Shown in pieces: positions 1 through 10,825 of a DNA stretch of 64,000 bases. The DNA comes from a virus (lineage: Duplodnaviria; Caudoviricetes), in IMG/VR virus record IMGVR_UViG_3300050821_001527, positions 138,883-202,882 of that record. One strand, given 5' to 3'. The number at the start of each line of letters is the position of its first letter. Position 1 is the first letter of the stretch. The notes under the pieces are model-generated. The model ran no database searches. It was not told the DNA's origin and worked only from the letters and a program-made list of their open reading frames with translations. Made by a program: the position numbers and the translations under genes.

Positions 1-1
1 G

Positions 2-595
2 TTTTCGGTCAAGCCACGTCATTCCATTTTCGCGCCTGCCGCAGCCCCAACGACTGCTTTGCAGCTTCAATTACTGGCTTTACAGCAACAGTTTAACACC
101 CAAAGCCGCAAACTGGATTTGGTCAATCAGGCTAAAAACCTCGTAAATGGCAACGCTTTAGACAAGGTTGACCTCATGTGCCTCGAATTGGAAGCCGTGA
201 GCCGTATTGAGAAACTTCCTTATATCAAGGACGGGCCGAGTGATACTTTGGCTGATTTGCCGAACTGGACTGTCCATGTCATGTCTTTTCTCCCGCCGCC
301 CATTTCCTCGACCAACCCGCCAGTCGGAACCGCTGCCCAATTACAGGCTCAAATCAGCAGCCTCGAAATCCAAGTAACCATTCAGGAACAACAACTTCTG
401 GAGATTCAGGCGTCGGCCAACAACCCGTCTCAAATCGTCAATGACGCTTGGTGGCAGAGCCAAGTGGACTGGGCAGCTTGGACGATGGCGTCTGTGGCTC
501 AAACCCTTGCATTGCCGGTCAGCACCCCCATTTCTAACCTTCCTGCTTGGGCAGCTTCCGTCATGCTTCGTTTGCCACCCAATACCAAACTCTAA
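2..595 (+). CDS. Hypothetical protein, 5'-partial (frame open to the window edge), Q/A-rich
   Basis: No stop from nt 2 to 595 in the frame of ORF 59..595; no recognisable motif. Confidence 0.6.
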   Translation, partial: FSVKPRHSIFAPAAAPTTALQLQLLALQQQFNTQSRKLDLVNQAKNLVNGNALDKVDLMCLELEAVSRIEKLPYIKDGPSDTLADLPNWTVHVMSFLPPPISSTNPPVGTAAQLQAQISSLEIQVTIQEQQLLEIQASANNPSQIVNDAWWQSQVDWAAWTMASVAQTLALPVSTPISNLPAWAASVMLRLPPNTKL

Positions 596-600
596 AACGT

Positions 601-771
601 ATGAGGGTTATCCTTCTCTTGATAGCCTTGCTAACGTGTTCTGGTTGCGAGAGTTACTCTCATACCGGAAAGTGGGCACCTGACGGCTTTAATTTCACCG
701 AATATCACGCCCTTGGCACACCATTTAGGGGAGACACCCTTGCTGCCGGTTTTAGTTGGAGCCTCAAGTAA
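601..771 (+). CDS. Small lipoprotein
   Basis: MRVILLLIALLTCSGC: hydrophobic signal plus lipobox-like Cys. Confidence 0.55.
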   Translation: MRVILLLIALLTCSGCESYSHTGKWAPDGFNFTEYHALGTPFRGDTLAAGFSWSLK

Positions 772-778
772 CTTCTCC

Positions 779-807
779 TTGACAATCCCTGAAAATCTCC
801 CTAGTAT
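779..807 (+). promoter_or_regulatory. Sigma70-type promoter, representative of about 40 copies; ATG 6 nt after the -10 box (leaderless)
   Basis: TTGACA(779-784)-17 nt-TAGTAT(802-807)-6 nt-ATG(814). Similar elements at about 1849, 3241, 3992, 5665, 9735, 16380, 17904, 21106, 22885, 24661, 25630, 27410, 28482, 31446, 32734, 33937, 34506, 35791, 36874, 39319, 42058, 42862, 43977, 47046, 47321, 47801, 49098, 49321, 50186, 51538, 51778, 53695, 54667, 55273, 57262, 59317, 61057, 61292, 61923, 62463, 63149. Confidence 0.85.
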
Positions 808-813
808 TTAGGG

Positions 814-1449
814 ATGACTGATTTCTTAGACAGAAGCACCGTTTTGGTTCTGAACTCGCTCTATCAACCGATAGGGACGATTTCTCCCAAGAAGGCGCTG
901 GTTGCCCTTAATTCGGCCTCAGACCAATGTGATATAGCCGCCAAAGCTATTGACATTCAGTATGCTGTAGGCGAAGACGGCAAGTATGACCTCGAAACCG
1001 TGGAGACGTTTACTCCATGTTCTTTTGAGGAATGGCTGAACGTTACTGTTCGTCCGGGGCTTGACCAGATTATTCACACGTCGAAGATGCAGATTCGCTG
1101 CCCGACTGTGGTAATCACGAACTACAGCAAGATTCCCATGCGTCGTTTCAGGGCCACGAAGTCCGTCCTTTACGAAATGCAGAAGGGCATCTGCGGTTAT
1201 TCGGGCGTCAAGTGCAACCCGAAGCAACTCAACATCGAACACAAGCTTCCGCGCAGCAAGGGCGGGAAGGACACGTTCGAGAACCTGATGCTCGTCAAGA
1301 AGGAAATCAACTTCGCTCGCGGCAACAAGCCGATGAAGGAACTTGGCCTCAAGCCGCTGTTCCGCCACCAAGAGCCGAAGCCGATTCCGGCGAGCTTCAC
1401 AATCAAGACGGCTGTGCATCCTGATTGGGGTTATTTTATTCAAAAATAA
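814..1449 (+). CDS. HNH endonuclease (VLVLN...YQP-type family)
   Basis: N-terminal VLVLNSLYQP; CGYSG...LNIEHKLPRSKGGKDTFENL...N..RGNK HNH motif. Confidence 0.85.
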   Translation: MTDFLDRSTVLVLNSLYQPIGTISPKKALVALNSASDQCDIAAKAIDIQYAVGEDGKYDLETVETFTPCSFEEWLNVTVRPGLDQIIHTSKMQIRCPTVVITNYSKIPMRRFRATKSVLYEMQKGICGYSGVKCNPKQLNIEHKLPRSKGGKDTFENLMLVKKEINFARGNKPMKELGLKPLFRHQEPKPIPASFTIKTAVHPDWGYFIQK

Positions 1450-1464
1450 CCAATAAAATTCAGA

Positions 1465-1496
1465 GCGGGGTCATCGAAAGGTGGCCCCGCTTTTTT
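1465..1496 (+). terminator. Intrinsic terminator
   Basis: GCGGGGTCATC-GAAA-GGTGGCCCCGC followed by TTTTTT. Confidence 0.9.
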
Positions 1497-1528
1497 GTTA
1501 GTATGGGCGGGGACGAGATAGAATAGGT

Positions 1529-1843
1529 ATGGAAATTAAGCATACGGACGGCAAAGTCACGGATACCAGTGACATGGATGACATTACGGCGATGATTTTG
1601 GAGAAGGCCGAGGAATTTCGCATTATGTGCAATGAAAACGGGCGTCCTTTCGTGCTTATCGTCGAAGCCAACCCCAAGAAAGTCCACCACAATATGTTTT
1701 GGGGCTTGAACCGCGCCGGTCTGCATCCCGGCAAGAACGAGAAAGACAGCCAAACCTGTTTTAACAACATGATGGAAATGGTCAATGGCTTCGTCAGGCA
1801 CATTTCCAACGGGGTATTCACAATCGGCAGACCGCAGCAATAA
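1529..1843 (+). CDS. Hypothetical protein
   Basis: 104-aa ORF between a terminator and the next promoter. Confidence 0.7.
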   Translation: MEIKHTDGKVTDTSDMDDITAMILEKAEEFRIMCNENGRPFVLIVEANPKKVHHNMFWGLNRAGLHPGKNEKDSQTCFNNMMEMVNGFVRHISNGVFTIGRPQQ

Positions 1844-1883
1844 TTTACTTGACTTTGCCCGAACAAGGGTATATCATCAGGTA

Positions 1884-2129
1884 ATGAAACTTAAATTTAT
1901 CCTATCCTTGGTCGTCCTTGCCTTTTACGCCCTCGGACTCAAATTGGTGGACTTCTTCTACTCCCCGATTACCGGCACACTTTCCGCACAGCAAGTGAAT
2001 GACTCCACCACCGATTACGCATTAGCCAAGTTTGTCCGTGACGGGCATCTTCAAGGCTCCATGCTCATTCTCACGGTGCTGGCCATCGTCCTGATTTGGC
2101 TTATCGTCCCCAACCGCAAAACCGTTTAA
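1884..2129 (+). CDS. Two-TM membrane protein, partner of the SPFH gene
   Basis: ATG 6 nt after TTGACT-17-TATCAT; two hydrophobic segments. Confidence 0.75.
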   Translation: MKLKFILSLVVLAFYALGLKLVDFFYSPITGTLSAQQVNDSTTDYALAKFVRDGHLQGSMLILTVLAIVLIWLIVPNRKTV

Positions 2130-2157
2130 CTGTCCCTAATCAAAAAAAACAAAAACA

Positions 2158-3177
2158 ATGAAAACACTAAAGTCCCTGCTCATGCTCGCAATGCTCGGCG
2201 GTCTGTTGACCGTCACGGGCTGTATCAAACCCCCGAAGGTGCCAACCTGCGTCGAAATCAAGCCGAATGCTACGGCATGGGTTATCCCGCTGGACGGGAA
2301 CTCCCAATCAGGACAGGCTCAGTTCAACTCCGTTGCCTTCTTGGAGGCCAAGAAAGTCGCCACCAAGCGCATCTGGATTGACAAGGTGGAACAGCCCATT
2401 GGCCGTTTCAGTTGGGAAATTCAATGGATTGATGCCGTCAGGGTTATCGCTGTTGACCGCTCCCTCGTTACCCGCGAATGGACTGCCGATGCCGAAACCG
2501 GGACTGCTCAAGCCGACCAGAGCATCCACGTTAATACCAAGGACAACATCGGTTTGAAAATCGGCATTAACATCACTGTCAGCATTGACGAAAGTGACGC
2601 CTCGACGTATCTGTATTACCACGGCGAACGCCCTTTGGCTGACGTGACCGACCAGAACCTACGTGGTTTCGTCCTGACAACCTTGAGTGGCGAAGTGGCA
2701 TCCATGAATCTTGTGGACTTCCAAGAAAATCAGGCGGTTATCTACAAAAAATTGTCTGACGTTGTGACCGCCGAATGCAAGAGCAAGGGTATCACCGTGC
2801 AGAGTATCGGCAACGCGAAGGGCTGGCAGTTCATTGACCCGAAGATTCAGGAGTCAATCAACAAGAGTTACATCGCTCAACAGGACAACAAGACGGCGGA
2901 AATGGAACAGAACGCCACCAAGACGCGCAACGCCACCGCCGTCCTCGTCAATGCGAACGAGAACTCCATCAAGGTCGCTACCGCGCAGGCCCAAGCTGAC
3001 GCAGCTATCAAGCTCGCGTCTGCCAAGGAAGCCGCCTCGTTCCAGAACGAGTTGCAAATCAACCTGCTGCTCGCGCAAGCGAAAATGGCGATGGCTACCA
3101 AGTGGAACGGCTCGATGCCCGCGAGCATCCTACCAAGCACGTCACCGCTGCTGTTGAACCTTGGCGACGGCAAGTAA
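2158..3177 (+). CDS. SPFH/band-7 family lipoprotein
   Basis: Lipobox LTVTGC; SPFH-like core (VNTKDNIGLKIGINIT...GITVQSIG...PKIQESIN) followed by an Ala-rich coiled coil. Confidence 0.75.
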   Translation: MKTLKSLLMLAMLGGLLTVTGCIKPPKVPTCVEIKPNATAWVIPLDGNSQSGQAQFNSVAFLEAKKVATKRIWIDKVEQPIGRFSWEIQWIDAVRVIAVDRSLVTREWTADAETGTAQADQSIHVNTKDNIGLKIGINITVSIDESDASTYLYYHGERPLADVTDQNLRGFVLTTLSGEVASMNLVDFQENQAVIYKKLSDVVTAECKSKGITVQSIGNAKGWQFIDPKIQESINKSYIAQQDNKTAEMEQNATKTRNATAVLVNANENSIKVATAQAQADAAIKLASAKEAASFQNELQINLLLAQAKMAMATKWNGSMPASILPSTSPLLLNLGDGK

Positions 3178-3198
3178 AGTTTATCAGCCAATACCCGA

Positions 3199-3238
3199 GA
3201 CGCCCGCCAGCGAAAGTTGGTGGGCGTTTCCTATTTTT
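3199..3238 (+). terminator. Intrinsic terminator
   Basis: GACGCCCGCCAGC-GAAA-GTTGGTGGGCGTT plus a T-rich tail. Confidence 0.8.
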
Positions 3239-3276
3239 ACTTGACATTTATTGCCATTTATCGTATTATTTTGAAT

Positions 3277-4269
3277 ATGGAAACCAACGAACGAATCTCT
3301 ACGCCCAAACTCGAATCCCTTATGGAATATCTGGAATACCAGTATCCGGCCACCAAGGGGGATATTAAATTGAAACACTTGTGCGCGGAAATTTCGTGCC
3401 TCGCCGGGGAGCGCGACACCTACAAGGAAGTTTACGAAAGCGCGGTGAAGGACTTGAGCGACCTGCGAGTATTTTTGAGTGGGGGAACGCCGGAAACTTA
3501 TTCCCTGCACATCAAAATCTTGGCAGACACGCTGCTCAAACAGGCAAGAGATTTATTATTCACCAAAAGGCTTATCGCCACCCAAGCCCTTTGGAATTGG
3601 CAGACGGGCGACCTTGTGCATGTGGTCAGTTCCAATAGGACGTATGTGCAAGCCTGCGTTGACCGCTATAACGACAATTTGGGGGCGAGCAATCGCCTCC
3701 GCGCCACGGTTGTCCCCGCCAACGACGCTGCAAGGGTCATTTGGATGCTTGAAAATGAGTCTTGAGGAACTAATTTGGAGAAAATACCACGAATACTTCC
3801 ATGAGCTTGGGGTCGCTCCAAAGACCCTTTCCCTTAGCTATCAAACGTATTACAGGGAATTCCATCAGACTCTCGCCCTACATGACTGGATTGGGCTTGG
3901 GTGTCATAGAGGACAGGAATTTAGAGGCATGAAAATCAAATGGGTGCAGAAAAAGGGCCATATTCAATGCCTTCCGCGCCCGAAAAAGTATTTGACTTAT
4001 GCAGAAACGTCAGCTAGTATGAATGTATGACTAGATACTCTGGAAAAGCTTGGGCCGAAATCCTCAAGGTCGAGATTCTCGAACCGACGGGATGGGATAA
4101 CGCCACGCACTATGAAAACGGCTTGATTGGCAAGCTGGAATTCTGCAATCGCGCTTCCAACAGCAAGCTCAAGACCCAAACCGCCTCGACCCGCCGCGAA
4201 GCTTCTGAGAAGCTCCAACAGCACTTCAAGAATAATGAGTTGCTGAGAAAATCCGCCGAATCGAAATGA
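3277..4269 (+). other. Three hypothetical CDS (3277-3765, 3755-4030, 4027-4269)
   Basis: Promoter-proximal or overlapping ORFs with no recognisable motif. Confidence 0.65.
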
Positions 4270-4616
4270 TTAGGCTGGCAATCATAGGCGGGAGGGATTT
4301 TGAGGACTGGGACTCTGCCAAGCTGTTTTTTGACCGTTGGTTTTTCGGTCGAAAGCTGGAATGTATCGTCTCTGGCGGGGCCGTGGGTGCTGACGCCATT
4401 GGTGCGCGACTGGCGAAGTTATATGATATTCCGCTAGTCGAATACCTTCCCGATTGGGCGACCTACGGTAAACGTGCTGGCTTCATGCGTAACGAGACAA
4501 TCATCAGAGATTGCACCCACGTCCTCGCCTTTTGGGACGGCGTGAGCAAGGGCACGAAGAACAGCCTCGGATGGGCGAAACTTCTCAAGAAGCCTACATT
4601 TATTTCATTTTATTGA
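4266..4616 (+). CDS. SLOG superfamily protein (DUF2493/YspA-like)
   Basis: IIGGRDF...IVSGGAVGADAIG...PDWATYGKRAGFMRN. Confidence 0.85.
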   Translation: MIRLAIIGGRDFEDWDSAKLFFDRWFFGRKLECIVSGGAVGADAIGARLAKLYDIPLVEYLPDWATYGKRAGFMRNETIIRDCTHVLAFWDGVSKGTKNSLGWAKLLKKPTFISFY

Positions 4617-4621
4617 ATTTT

Positions 4622-5667
4622 ATGTTTAAACAAGCATACTACTTTTTCGACAGGGAAGTCTTTAGCAAGCTCCCGTATGGCACCACGACCAAGACAAGCA
4701 AGCTCTTTGAAAGGGCGGAAATGGTCATTGGGGAGGACGGGAAGATTCTCAAGGGTGGGGTTGGCCTTATCGGTTGGCTGGCTCCCGAAGCCCTTGGGAT
4801 ATTGAGGAAAAGCTATCGCGGGCAAATCGTGTTGACGGCGGCACCTTTATGAAAAAATTTAAAGGTGTGCCGGTCAAAGTTCTTCGCCCTCTGGTTGTAA
4901 AACAGCCTTACGTCGCCGGTAAGCCCCAACAAGGGACTCCCATCGTGGACAAGGAAGGCACTTGGGTTCAAGTCGAAATACTCCGTGGTGTTGATAAAGG
5001 AAATCGCAGGCCGCTAACTTTGGAACAACTAACATGAAACAATCACCCTTTCAAAAATGGTATGTAAAAAACATCAAGGGCACCAGTATGGATTTGGGCG
5101 TGGGTGACGGAGCAACCCGAGGATGGAACGGGGCCATTCTGAAAATCCTTCGTCGCATCCAATACCGAAATCGTATTTTCGAGGGAAACTGGCAGCACGA
5201 AGATATTGACACCCTAATATCCGAATTGAAAGAAATGCTTGAAGAATGAGTAAAACCTACGCCATTTCCGAGGAACACTACGAGGCAATCAAGAAATTTG
5301 CCCGTAATTTCGCCTACCATGACAGGGATTGCGGAATGCACCCGAGTAACATGATGTCCCTAGAGGACTATTGCACTTGCGGATATTCCGACTGGATTGC
5401 CTATTTGAAGAAAAAGGAAGCCACCTTAAAGGAAATTGACCCTTCCAAAATTCTCGCATGATACCCGACCATCTACAAGCCCTTCTGGACAAGCTCTCAT
5501 TAGATAAACTTGATTACAGGGAGGAGGGTAACTTTTATCACCACCTTGCGGAAGTGACCGGCGCGGCTGATGCCGAGTGTCTGGACAAGTGCGTGGAAAG
5601 AATTTTGGGAGCCTCCCACGCCGACTTTAGAAAGGCGTTCGACCTGACTATCGGTAAAACTCCTTGA
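4622..5667 (+). other. Five small hypothetical CDS (4622-4852, 4849-5037, 5034-5249, 5246-5461, 5458-5667)
   Basis: Chain of ATGA-overlapping ORFs. Confidence 0.65.
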
Positions 5668-5726
5668 CTTATACCGCATTTTCCTCTATCATAAAAGAAA
5701 AAGAAAAAGAATAAAAGAGGAAAAAG

Positions 5727-6365
5727 ATGAGAACATTTTTTACATCGGATACACACTTTCACCATGCCAATATTATCAAGTATTGCAATCGTCCATTCAG
5801 GGACACGGCTGAAATGAACAACACCATTATCACCAACTGGAACGCAAAAGTTGGGGGGAATGACCTGATTTACCATTTGGGAGATTTCGCCTTCGGGCGC
5901 GAGGACTGGCATCTGACCATGCTCCTTGAAAAGCTGAAAGGCAAGATTATCTTCCTCAAGGGGAACCACGACAGACTCGCTTGGCGCAACCGTCAGCGTT
6001 TCTTCGCCTGCTCTGACTCGTATCGAGAGATTGAAGTCAACGGCCAAGAGATTACCCTGTGTCATTACGCTTTGCGCGTTTGGAACAAGAGCCATCATGG
6101 AGCATGGCACCTTTACGGGCACAGCCACGGCACCCTGCCCGATGACCCGCATTCCCGCAGCTTCGATTGTGGAGTGGACAGCCATAACTTCACGCCATTA
6201 TCGTTCGAGGAAGTCAAGGTTATCATGGATAAGAAACTTTGGAAGCCGATTGACCACCACGGCGAAAGACAGGAAGGCGGCGGGGTTGGTCTAAGCGCAG
6301 AAGATTACGCGAAGGCAGACCGTAAACGCCAGTATGAACAACTGAAAAAGGAATTTGAATTATGA
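5727..6365 (+). CDS. Calcineurin-like metallophosphoesterase
   Basis: SDTHFHH, HLGDFA, GNHD, LCHY, HLYGHSH motifs. Confidence 0.9.
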   Translation: MRTFFTSDTHFHHANIIKYCNRPFRDTAEMNNTIITNWNAKVGGNDLIYHLGDFAFGREDWHLTMLLEKLKGKIIFLKGNHDRLAWRNRQRFFACSDSYREIEVNGQEITLCHYALRVWNKSHHGAWHLYGHSHGTLPDDPHSRSFDCGVDSHNFTPLSFEEVKVIMDKKLWKPIDHHGERQEGGGVGLSAEDYAKADRKRQYEQLKKEFEL

Positions 6366-6778
6366 GTTGGAAATTTTGGAAGAAAAAAGTCACACCAGCA
6401 CCAAAGCCAGAGCCGGTAATTCCCGTGCCCGAGCCTCGTTGTTACGTTAAGGCTATCTTGAAAGACCTTGACGACAAGGTTAATTGGGAAGCAAAATACG
6501 AGGGCGATTCGAGATTTCTGTCCTACTCGAACAAGTCCCCAAACCAATACAGACTCCATATCTCAAATAGCGGTTGGTATAGCGGCTGCTACGTCTATGT
6601 CAGCTTGGAAGGAATTTCTTCCAGCGAAATGCAATTCACCGCTCACGAAAGGGAGCTTGTTGGGGAAAAAGCCGCCAAGTTACTCAAATGGATGGACGAA
6701 AAACTTTCCCAGTCCAAGGTGGAGGCAGACGAGAAAAAGTTGAAGAAGCTGTTCCCCGAATGCTATCCGCGCAAATGA
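6362..6778 (+). CDS. Hypothetical protein
   Basis: 138-aa ORF coupled to its neighbours. Confidence 0.7.
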   Translation: MSWKFWKKKVTPAPKPEPVIPVPEPRCYVKAILKDLDDKVNWEAKYEGDSRFLSYSNKSPNQYRLHISNSGWYSGCYVYVSLEGISSSEMQFTAHERELVGEKAAKLLKWMDEKLSQSKVEADEKKLKKLFPECYPRK

Positions 6779-7170
6779 TTTACTACCTATTCTTAGACGA
6801 CGTTCGTAAGCCGTTCCAAGTCACATGGGAGGAACTCCCCTTGGTGAACTGGACTGTCGCCAGAAGCTATGACGACTTCGTAAAGCTTGTAACTTTGATG
6901 GGCGTCCCGTCCTGCGTGTCCTTCGACCACGACTTAGCGGACGAACATTACGAGGATTACCGCGCCGTGGCCCCAAACGAGGCGAGAATCATTGACCCCC
7001 TCAAATTAAATTACAAAAAATATAAAGTCAAAAGTGGATACCACGCCGCCAAGTGGCTCGCGGCCTACTGCGCCAAGCATAAGCAACCCATCCCCGAATA
7101 CCATATCCACACACTCAATCACATAGGCCGACGCAATATCAGCAACCTTCTGGAAGGGGCCAAGAAATGA
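6775..7170 (+). CDS. Cyclic-phosphate-processing receiver-domain protein
   Basis: LFLDDVRKP...SYDDFV...VSFDHDL...SGYHAAKWL...HTLNHIG signature. Confidence 0.8.
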   Translation: MIYYLFLDDVRKPFQVTWEELPLVNWTVARSYDDFVKLVTLMGVPSCVSFDHDLADEHYEDYRAVAPNEARIIDPLKLNYKKYKVKSGYHAAKWLAAYCAKHKQPIPEYHIHTLNHIGRRNISNLLEGAKK

Positions 7171-7397
7171 AATACGTCTGCTACATGAATTACTACGGGT
7201 GGGCGAAGTTCGATGAATACAATGTCTTGATGTTTACTGACAGGGATATTGACCACGCCACCGAATTCAACAATGAGGATGCCGCGTATGCAGCACTCTG
7301 GAAGAATTCCGGTTACGAAGGCCACGTCCTGCAAAAGACTGAAAGCACCCGCATGATTGGACTTGACAGCCCGGAATATAAGAGGTAATATTGGTAT

Positions 7398-8174
7398 ATG
7401 ATTGAACAGCTTTCGAGCAAGAATCAGCGCATCCTTGTTTTCGCCGACCCGCATCAGGAGATTGACAAGGTGAGCAACATTCTGAAAAGGGAACAGGCCG
7501 ACAAGGTGGTTTGTTTGGGTGACTGGTTTGACAGTTTTCATCTTGAGAACGTCCGCTACAGCATCAAGACCGCCGCCTATCTTCAAAAGCTGGTCTTCCA
7601 ACCCAACTTCCTTACCCTGTTCGGGAACCACGACGTTCATTACTTTTGGGGCAAGAACGAACACGCGCTTTGCAGCGGGTGGACGAAGGATAAGGACAAG
7701 GCCATCATAGGCGCGTTCGAGGGCAAGATGGCGGAAGTCAGGGACAAATTTCAGTGGTTCGTCTGGATTGACGACTATCTTTGCACCCACGCCGGGGTTC
7801 ATCCTTACCACTTCCCTCCCATGCTTGAAGCCGACAAGAAAGGCATCAGCACATGGTTGAAGAAAGCCGGTGAACACGCAGAATTGAGTCTCGCCAGTGG
7901 AGGCTCGCATTGGTTCTTCCGTGCCGGGGAAGCCAGAGGCGGCAGTCAAAGAATCGGCGGAATCGTTTGGGCGGATTTTGATGACGAGTTTGAACCGATT
8001 GACGGGGTTAAGCAGTTGGTGGGCCACACCTATCATCGCCGCGCCGTCACGCATTACTCGAACAGGAATCTCGCCCGTGCCGAAGCGAACGATTTGGACA
8101 TTGACTGCAATCTAACGGAGTATCTAATCATTCACAACGGCAAACTCGAAATCAAATCCTACTACGATTTATGA
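7398..8174 (+). CDS. Calcineurin-like metallophosphoesterase (second)
   Basis: ADPHQ, CLGDWFD, GNHD, THAG, VGHT motifs. Confidence 0.85.
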   Translation: MIEQLSSKNQRILVFADPHQEIDKVSNILKREQADKVVCLGDWFDSFHLENVRYSIKTAAYLQKLVFQPNFLTLFGNHDVHYFWGKNEHALCSGWTKDKDKAIIGAFEGKMAEVRDKFQWFVWIDDYLCTHAGVHPYHFPPMLEADKKGISTWLKKAGEHAELSLASGGSHWFFRAGEARGGSQRIGGIVWADFDDEFEPIDGVKQLVGHTYHRRAVTHYSNRNLARAEANDLDIDCNLTEYLIIHNGKLEIKSYYDL

Positions 8175-9665
8175 TGGCAACCCTGAAAAAGTCCGTAGAA
8201 GTCGAAGGCCAGAAACTCGAAAAGGGAGCATTCGGGAAAGTCCTTGGTCATTGCTGGAATGAGGCCCATGAGGATTCTGTCTATGTCGAATTCCCAGCGG
8301 GAAAATTTCCTGTGGATAAAGCCTTGGTTGACTTAAAATAATCATGGGCAGAATCTTGGAATACTTTTCTGAACCACCGAATGAGAATGATTTCTTCGGA
8401 GTAAATTTACGCGAAACAATACAAACACTTCCTAAAATGAGCAAAGCAACAAAAATCCTACTCGTTCTGTCCCTTCTAACGGTCATTTGGACAGCAGACG
8501 TAATCGTCGGCCACTACCACCACCCTGTCGCCCCGGCCCCTTCACAAAGGTCGCTGGTTTATGGTGTGAGCAATTACATCAAGGACGCCAACCACATTAT
8601 CCTTCTTGGCAACCGCATTGGAGTCGTGGGAACGAACAACCTGTTCATTTTGGGAGGATGGGACGCCAGCCTGCCGGTTATCTCCACCAAGATTAGCGAA
8701 AGCGAGTTTCAGACAATCAGCAACGTTATTGTGAGGGCGGCAATCGAAAAAAGCAAGCAACCACGCCCGCAAGCCAAGGTTGTTCCCGCGCCCGCAGCCC
8801 CAACCAACGCTCCAAACCCACTCGACCACCCCTAATGAAGCTCTATGTAGTCCAAAATCGTGAAGGTAAGTTCTTCCGTTCGGTAGGCTACAACGGAGGA
8901 CATACGGGCGGTGTCAAGGGGAACTGGGTTGACACTCTCGACAAGGCGAAATTCTATGCCAAAATCGGTCAGGCCAAAAGCCGAGTCACTTTCTTCTACA
9001 AGGCGTGGCCATCGTTCGGATGCCCCGATATTCTCGAATTTGAGATAGACGTGGCGATGGCGAAAGTCCTCGACATGAAGGCTGCTACTGACAAGAAAAT
9101 TGCCAAGGCCCGCAAGGTTGAAGCAGAAAAACAGAGCGAACGCGCCGAAAGACACAGGCAATATCTGGAAAGTGAGCAGGCCAGAATCGCCAGCGAGCTT
9201 AAAAAATTGAATTAAATATGGACAAGGAAATAGCTCTTGACCTTCTCAAAGATACCTTTGACGAGGAAATTGCCCATTTGAGGTTGCGTATCATTCGTGA
9301 CGCGCAGGCTCCGCGTTTTGAGGCTTTACGTGCCACGCACCCGGAAATCCACGCGGATTTTGTGAAGGCGCGAACCGGCCCGCATGAAGTGCTGCTGCAA
9401 GCCCGCAGAAAACGCATACAAGTTCTCACCAAGCTTATCGAAAATGGATAAACCCACACAATCAGGCGCGGGTAAAGGAGACAAACCCCGCCCAACCAAT
9501 CCAAAAGTTTTCGCGGAGAATTTTGATGCGATTGATTGGGGACATGCCCCCAAAATCACGGATGCCGCGCTCCATCAGTTTTATAAGAACACCTGTAACA
9601 CCCGACAGGTTTCATTCGCGGAATTCAAAAGGAACTATTATGCTACTAGCAGCCCTAACAGGTAG
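8171..9665 (+). other. Hypothetical CDS cluster (8171-8341; 8344/8437-8835 secreted or membrane; 8835-9215; 9218-9451; 9444-9665)
   Basis: Tightly packed ORFs; hydrophobic N-terminal stretch in 8437-8835. Confidence 0.6.
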
Positions 9666-9768
9666 GGAGATTTTTGCGGTGCTGTTTTGGGCCATGCTGA
9701 TTGTTTCCGCATTTATGTGTGGAAAGGAAAGCTCTTGACAACCAAAGAGTAATGGGATAATATTAGGT

Positions 9769-10014
9769 ATGACTTTTCTTAATGTCGAACAAGTAATGGA
9801 CGGGCAGAACGGGACTATTACAAGAGCCATCATCTGCACCGCAGTCGTCGCGGAAACCTTCGTGGAAGCGATTCAGAAGTTGAAGGACAACGCTGCCAGG
9901 ATAAATCTCAAATGGGAAGTCGAGAAGGAGGACGACCAAGACTTTGAATACGTCATTAAGCAGGCGTATCCGGTCTATGGCTCCATGAAGAATCGCCAGT
10001 TGAGGATTATATGA
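9769..10014 (+). CDS. Hypothetical protein, tandem paralogue A
   Basis: Leaderless start; shares EQxMxG, AE(T/S)FxEA and P(V/I)(Y/F)GxM(K/R)N with 10011-10250. Confidence 0.75.
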   Translation: MTFLNVEQVMDGQNGTITRAIICTAVVAETFVEAIQKLKDNAARINLKWEVEKEDDQDFEYVIKQAYPVYGSMKNRQLRII

Positions 10015-10250
10015 TATTAATTCTTACCGAGCAGCCCATGAATGGCTCGAAATCAATGGCCGTTTACACAACGGGCGTCGAGGCTGACTCTTTCAAGGAG
10101 GCTGTGGCGCGTGTTAAAAACGCCGGGGCGGAAAAGAATCTCAAGCCTGTAATCCATTCGGATAACGATGCGGAATTTTCATTTACCATTCCGTCCGATA
10201 TGTTTCCGATATTTGGGGTCATGCGTAACTCGGCTCTGAAAATGCTATGA
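10011..10250 (+). CDS. Hypothetical protein, tandem paralogue B
   Basis: Aligns by eye over its length with 9769-10014. Confidence 0.75.
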   Translation: MILILTEQPMNGSKSMAVYTTGVEADSFKEAVARVKNAGAEKNLKPVIHSDNDAEFSFTIPSDMFPIFGVMRNSALKML

Positions 10251-10633
10251 GCAAGCTCAATAACACCGTGGTCTGTAAACATTGTCAGGCCGAAATGAAG
10301 GCAATTTACGCGGTCTGCCCGGTTTGCGGCATGAGACAGGACGGCAAGAATACAACCGAGCTATGTCAGAAGTGCGGGACGCAATATCTCAAGGGCGGCT
10401 CCTGCGATTGCGAGGGCGAGACACGATTGTTCTTTGGTCGCCCGATTAGGAAAGATACCACGGCGCAGTTTTTCCAAGACCCGTTGACCATCGAAGAATT
10501 TAAGGCGACCATCGCAGGCAGCTTCGACGCTTTCGCGCAGAACATGAAAACTATCGGTCATGCCGGGGACAAACACGTCGAGCTATGGGCCGAGCAATAC
10601 CTTGCGTGGCTGGAAATTGAACAGGAACGATAA
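10247..10633 (+). CDS. Zinc-ribbon protein
   Basis: CxxC...CxxC...CxxC...CxC. Confidence 0.65.
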   Translation: MSKLNNTVVCKHCQAEMKAIYAVCPVCGMRQDGKNTTELCQKCGTQYLKGGSCDCEGETRLFFGRPIRKDTTAQFFQDPLTIEEFKATIAGSFDAFAQNMKTIGHAGDKHVELWAEQYLAWLEIEQER

Positions 10634-10825
10634 TATGGACTGGTGCTGCGAAGATTTGAAAAGAAATTTCACGCTGTCTGTGGATTACCAAGACATTCGT
10701 GAACTCTATAATGGCAAGTGTCCGTATTGCAAATCCGTAGCGAAGATTGGAGCGGAAAGGCCGGTTGGCAGAGTCATCCCCATGTCCGAGTTAAAGGCTT
10801 GGGCCGAAAAAACGTGGAGTCCTCT

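Noticed and set aside
7119-8054. Long minus-strand ORFs (also 14357-15133, 25851-26726, 27439-28278, 37838-38851, 40430-41257)
   Set aside because: Shadow frames opposite well-supported plus-strand genes, caused by codon bias. They have no promoter and no motifs.
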